Made by a program: the position numbers and the translations under genes
The notes under the pieces: model-generated
Databases searched by the model: none
Told to the model about the DNA's origin: nothing
The model's input: the letters and a program-made list of their open reading frames with translations, nothing else
In this document: positions 61,901 to 64,000 of the stretch, one piece after another
Numbering within the stretch: the first letter of the stretch is position 1
Layout of the letters: each line of letters starts with the position of its first letter
Source: Squalus acanthias
Lineage: Eukaryota
Assembly: GCA_030390025.1 (NCBI GenBank)
Contig: CM059432.1
Coordinates: forward strand, 23,376,001-23,440,000
Reading direction: 5' to 3'
Length of the DNA stretch: 64,000 nucleotides

Positions 61901-62730
61901 ATCCCACCTCCTTGTCCCTTTACAGGCCCAGACATGTTTTTAAAATGCCAAAACTCAGTTTTTGGTCTTAAATTCCTTAGGTTAGGCCCAAATGCATTTT
62001 CATCACCCTGAGGTAGTTCCAAAGTCCTTTTTCCTTAGGTTTTGGGGATCTGCAAATTTTGGAAACCTTACATTGCACATTGCTCCTCAGTGAAGTTAAG
62101 GTAGGGGAAATGCTCCCTGAAGACCCGCTGAATGTATAGTCTGCTGCACAGTGCCCGCCTCCTCCCTCTTCTCTCAGCTGCTTCTGCTCTCTCCTGTCTT
62201 CTTGGCTGTTCCCCCTCATCCTCCAGCCCCAAAGCCAGATTTACCAGACCAACATGACTGCAGTGAAACTGTTTTGAAGGCATACAAAAACAGTCCGGCA
62301 CCAGCAAAAAGGTGTCAGCAGAAGTCAGTTGTAGAAGGCAGAAAATAGGTCATAAAAGGCCCAGAAGTTAACCAGCAGCCTGAAAGGACAAGCCATCAAC
62401 TAACCTGTATGTAGTGGATGAGCCCTTTAAATAGCACTGTTGAAGGGTCCTTGCTGCCTGTTAACACCATGAGTTGCTGGGTGAGTTTATCACATGGTGA
62501 GTCAGGTGCTGGAGTAGACGAATTTCAGGCAAGAGTCCTAAAAAAAAGTGTCGGACCCTTAGTTAAATATTTTATTGAACCTTTTTAATGCTTCCGGTGC
62601 ACCCTAGACATCTACAGAGGAGCCCGATCCAATATGGCGCGTAGTACACTTGAAACGTGGAATAAGTGCGTGTACATTGCCCGCCATATTGAATGCTTAG
62701 GCACCCGTTTTAGACAATGGACAATGTGCC
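58990..62730. mobile_element. Second, internally deleted Harbinger transposon (Myb remnants on + at ~59080-59750; transposase remnants on - at ~62270-60200)
   Basis: FSDAALEAVL..VNRRRK Myb exon; RVFREHFPYLNFTEEQCA|RSLRFTKE..LCHLLQPQL...LPVAFNFYATGSF transposase N-terminus. Ends approximate. Confidence 0.78.
60405..62072 (-). mobile_element. Solo-LTR-like insertion, 1668 bp
   Basis: Begins TGTAGG, ends CCTTACA, 4-bp TSD TTGC (60401-60404, 62073-62076); AATAAA on minus strand at 60555-60560; 124-bp internal tandem duplication; removing it restores the transposase sequence. Confidence 0.85.
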
Positions 62731-63612
62731 ATCAAAGTGCTTTGTGCATTGGTCTGTTAAGCCACACTTGCAAATACCACTGAATGTAACTCTTTCCAAT
62801 GCTTGTAGGTCACAGTCATCTTTGTTCTGAAGTGACTTGTATTATTAATGATGGCTTGCGGCACATCGTGTTTTTAAAGGAGTAAGTTGTTTACAATGTA
62901 ATATAATTGACAATTTTTTTTTTTAGGCAGCCAACACATTGCACCAGAGAGTCAAACAAGATGTTCATTCCTGCCTGTTAATACTTAAACAATAAGTTCC
63001 GGATAGGTCCATCAAGAAGCCAGAGCAGAGTTGAACTGCTTTCCCAAGGGAGAAAGGGTAAATCTTATGATGAGTCAACTTGACCTGTGCTCATGCATCT
63101 CTTATTAGCATTGGCAGAGATCTGAGTGCTTTACATAAACTTGGAGCAGATTGTCAATAGTTGTTATCAACTCGCAACGTAAGAGAAGTGCTGTTAAAAA
63201 CAACAGAAAGATACCTCTTACATCTCTCCAGCAATTGAAAACAAGCTTTATGCTCCGAGATGTTTGAAGATTTTGCCTGTTCATCTACCCTTGATCAAAG
63301 GATGGTGCTGGGTGACCTAAAAATAACTAAAAAATTGACTTATTGACACGATCACGGAGCATTTGCAGCAATGTAATAGTGCTGTACTTTGGAATGGTAG
63401 GACGTGGCATAGATCTACAATTTTCATCATCTGTGTGGTGCCAATGCTCAGACATACAGGTAAGGAAAGTAATCAATTTCCATATCGAGAACATATGAAA
63501 TATCAATGTTCTCATGAACCCTTGAGCACCTACCAGGGATTTGGCAGGCGGTTATCTGCCCACTGAAGTTATCATCTATCATCATATTTTTGACTGGATC
63601 AGTCTGGTTTTT

Positions 63613-64000
63613 GAAAGAAAGAACAAACGTACATTTATATAGAACCTTTCACACCTTCAGGCTGTGTCAAAGCATCTCACAGCCAATTAATTACTTTTGA
63701 AGTGTAGGCATTGTTGTTAGGTCATTTGCACACAGCAAGGTGTACAAACAGCAATGAAATAAATGACCAAGCAATCTGTTTTTTGATAGTGTTAGGTTAA
63801 GGGATAAACATTGGCTAGCTCATTGGGAGAATTCTCGTGCTCTTTTGCATATAGTGCCATTGCATCTTTTACATCTACCTAAGGAGGTAGACAGGGTCTC
63901 GGTTTAACATTTTGTCCGAAAGATAATGTAGTAGTCCCTCTGCACTGCACTGAAACTGTCAGATTAGATTAAGATACTCAAGTCCTGGAGTAGGGCTTAA
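63613..64000 (-). mobile_element. Diverged SacSINE1-like SINE, runs off the window
   Basis: Colinear with 27012-27476. Confidence 0.8.

Overview
Eukaryotic (vertebrate) genomic DNA. The repeat content (CR1 and L2 LINEs, SacSINE1/Deu-like SINEs, Penelope ends, Harbinger elements) points to a cartilaginous fish; this is an inference. The only host gene I can support is the 5' part of a minus-strand, multi-exon type IX collagen alpha-1-like (FACIT) gene. Ten coding exons run from ~48977 down to 8315 and cover signal peptide, NC4/TSPN domain and the start of the Gly-X-Y domain; the gene continues off the left edge. It has a GC-AG intron and a triple NAGNAG acceptor. The rest is mostly transposable elements: a complete but decayed two-gene PIF/Harbinger transposon (489-4636; TIRs and TSD resolved), Harbinger relics and hairpin-rich MITEs, many CR1 fragments including one with an intact 927-codon EN+RT ORF2 preceded by a U_UUA_AAC slippery site, a fold-back Penelope-type insert with two hammerhead-ribozyme motifs, and a 1.67-kb solo-LTR-like insertion splitting a second Harbinger transposase. 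There are no prokaryotic features, CRISPR arrays, rRNA or bona fide tRNA genes. Repeat boundaries without a resolved TSD are approximate.
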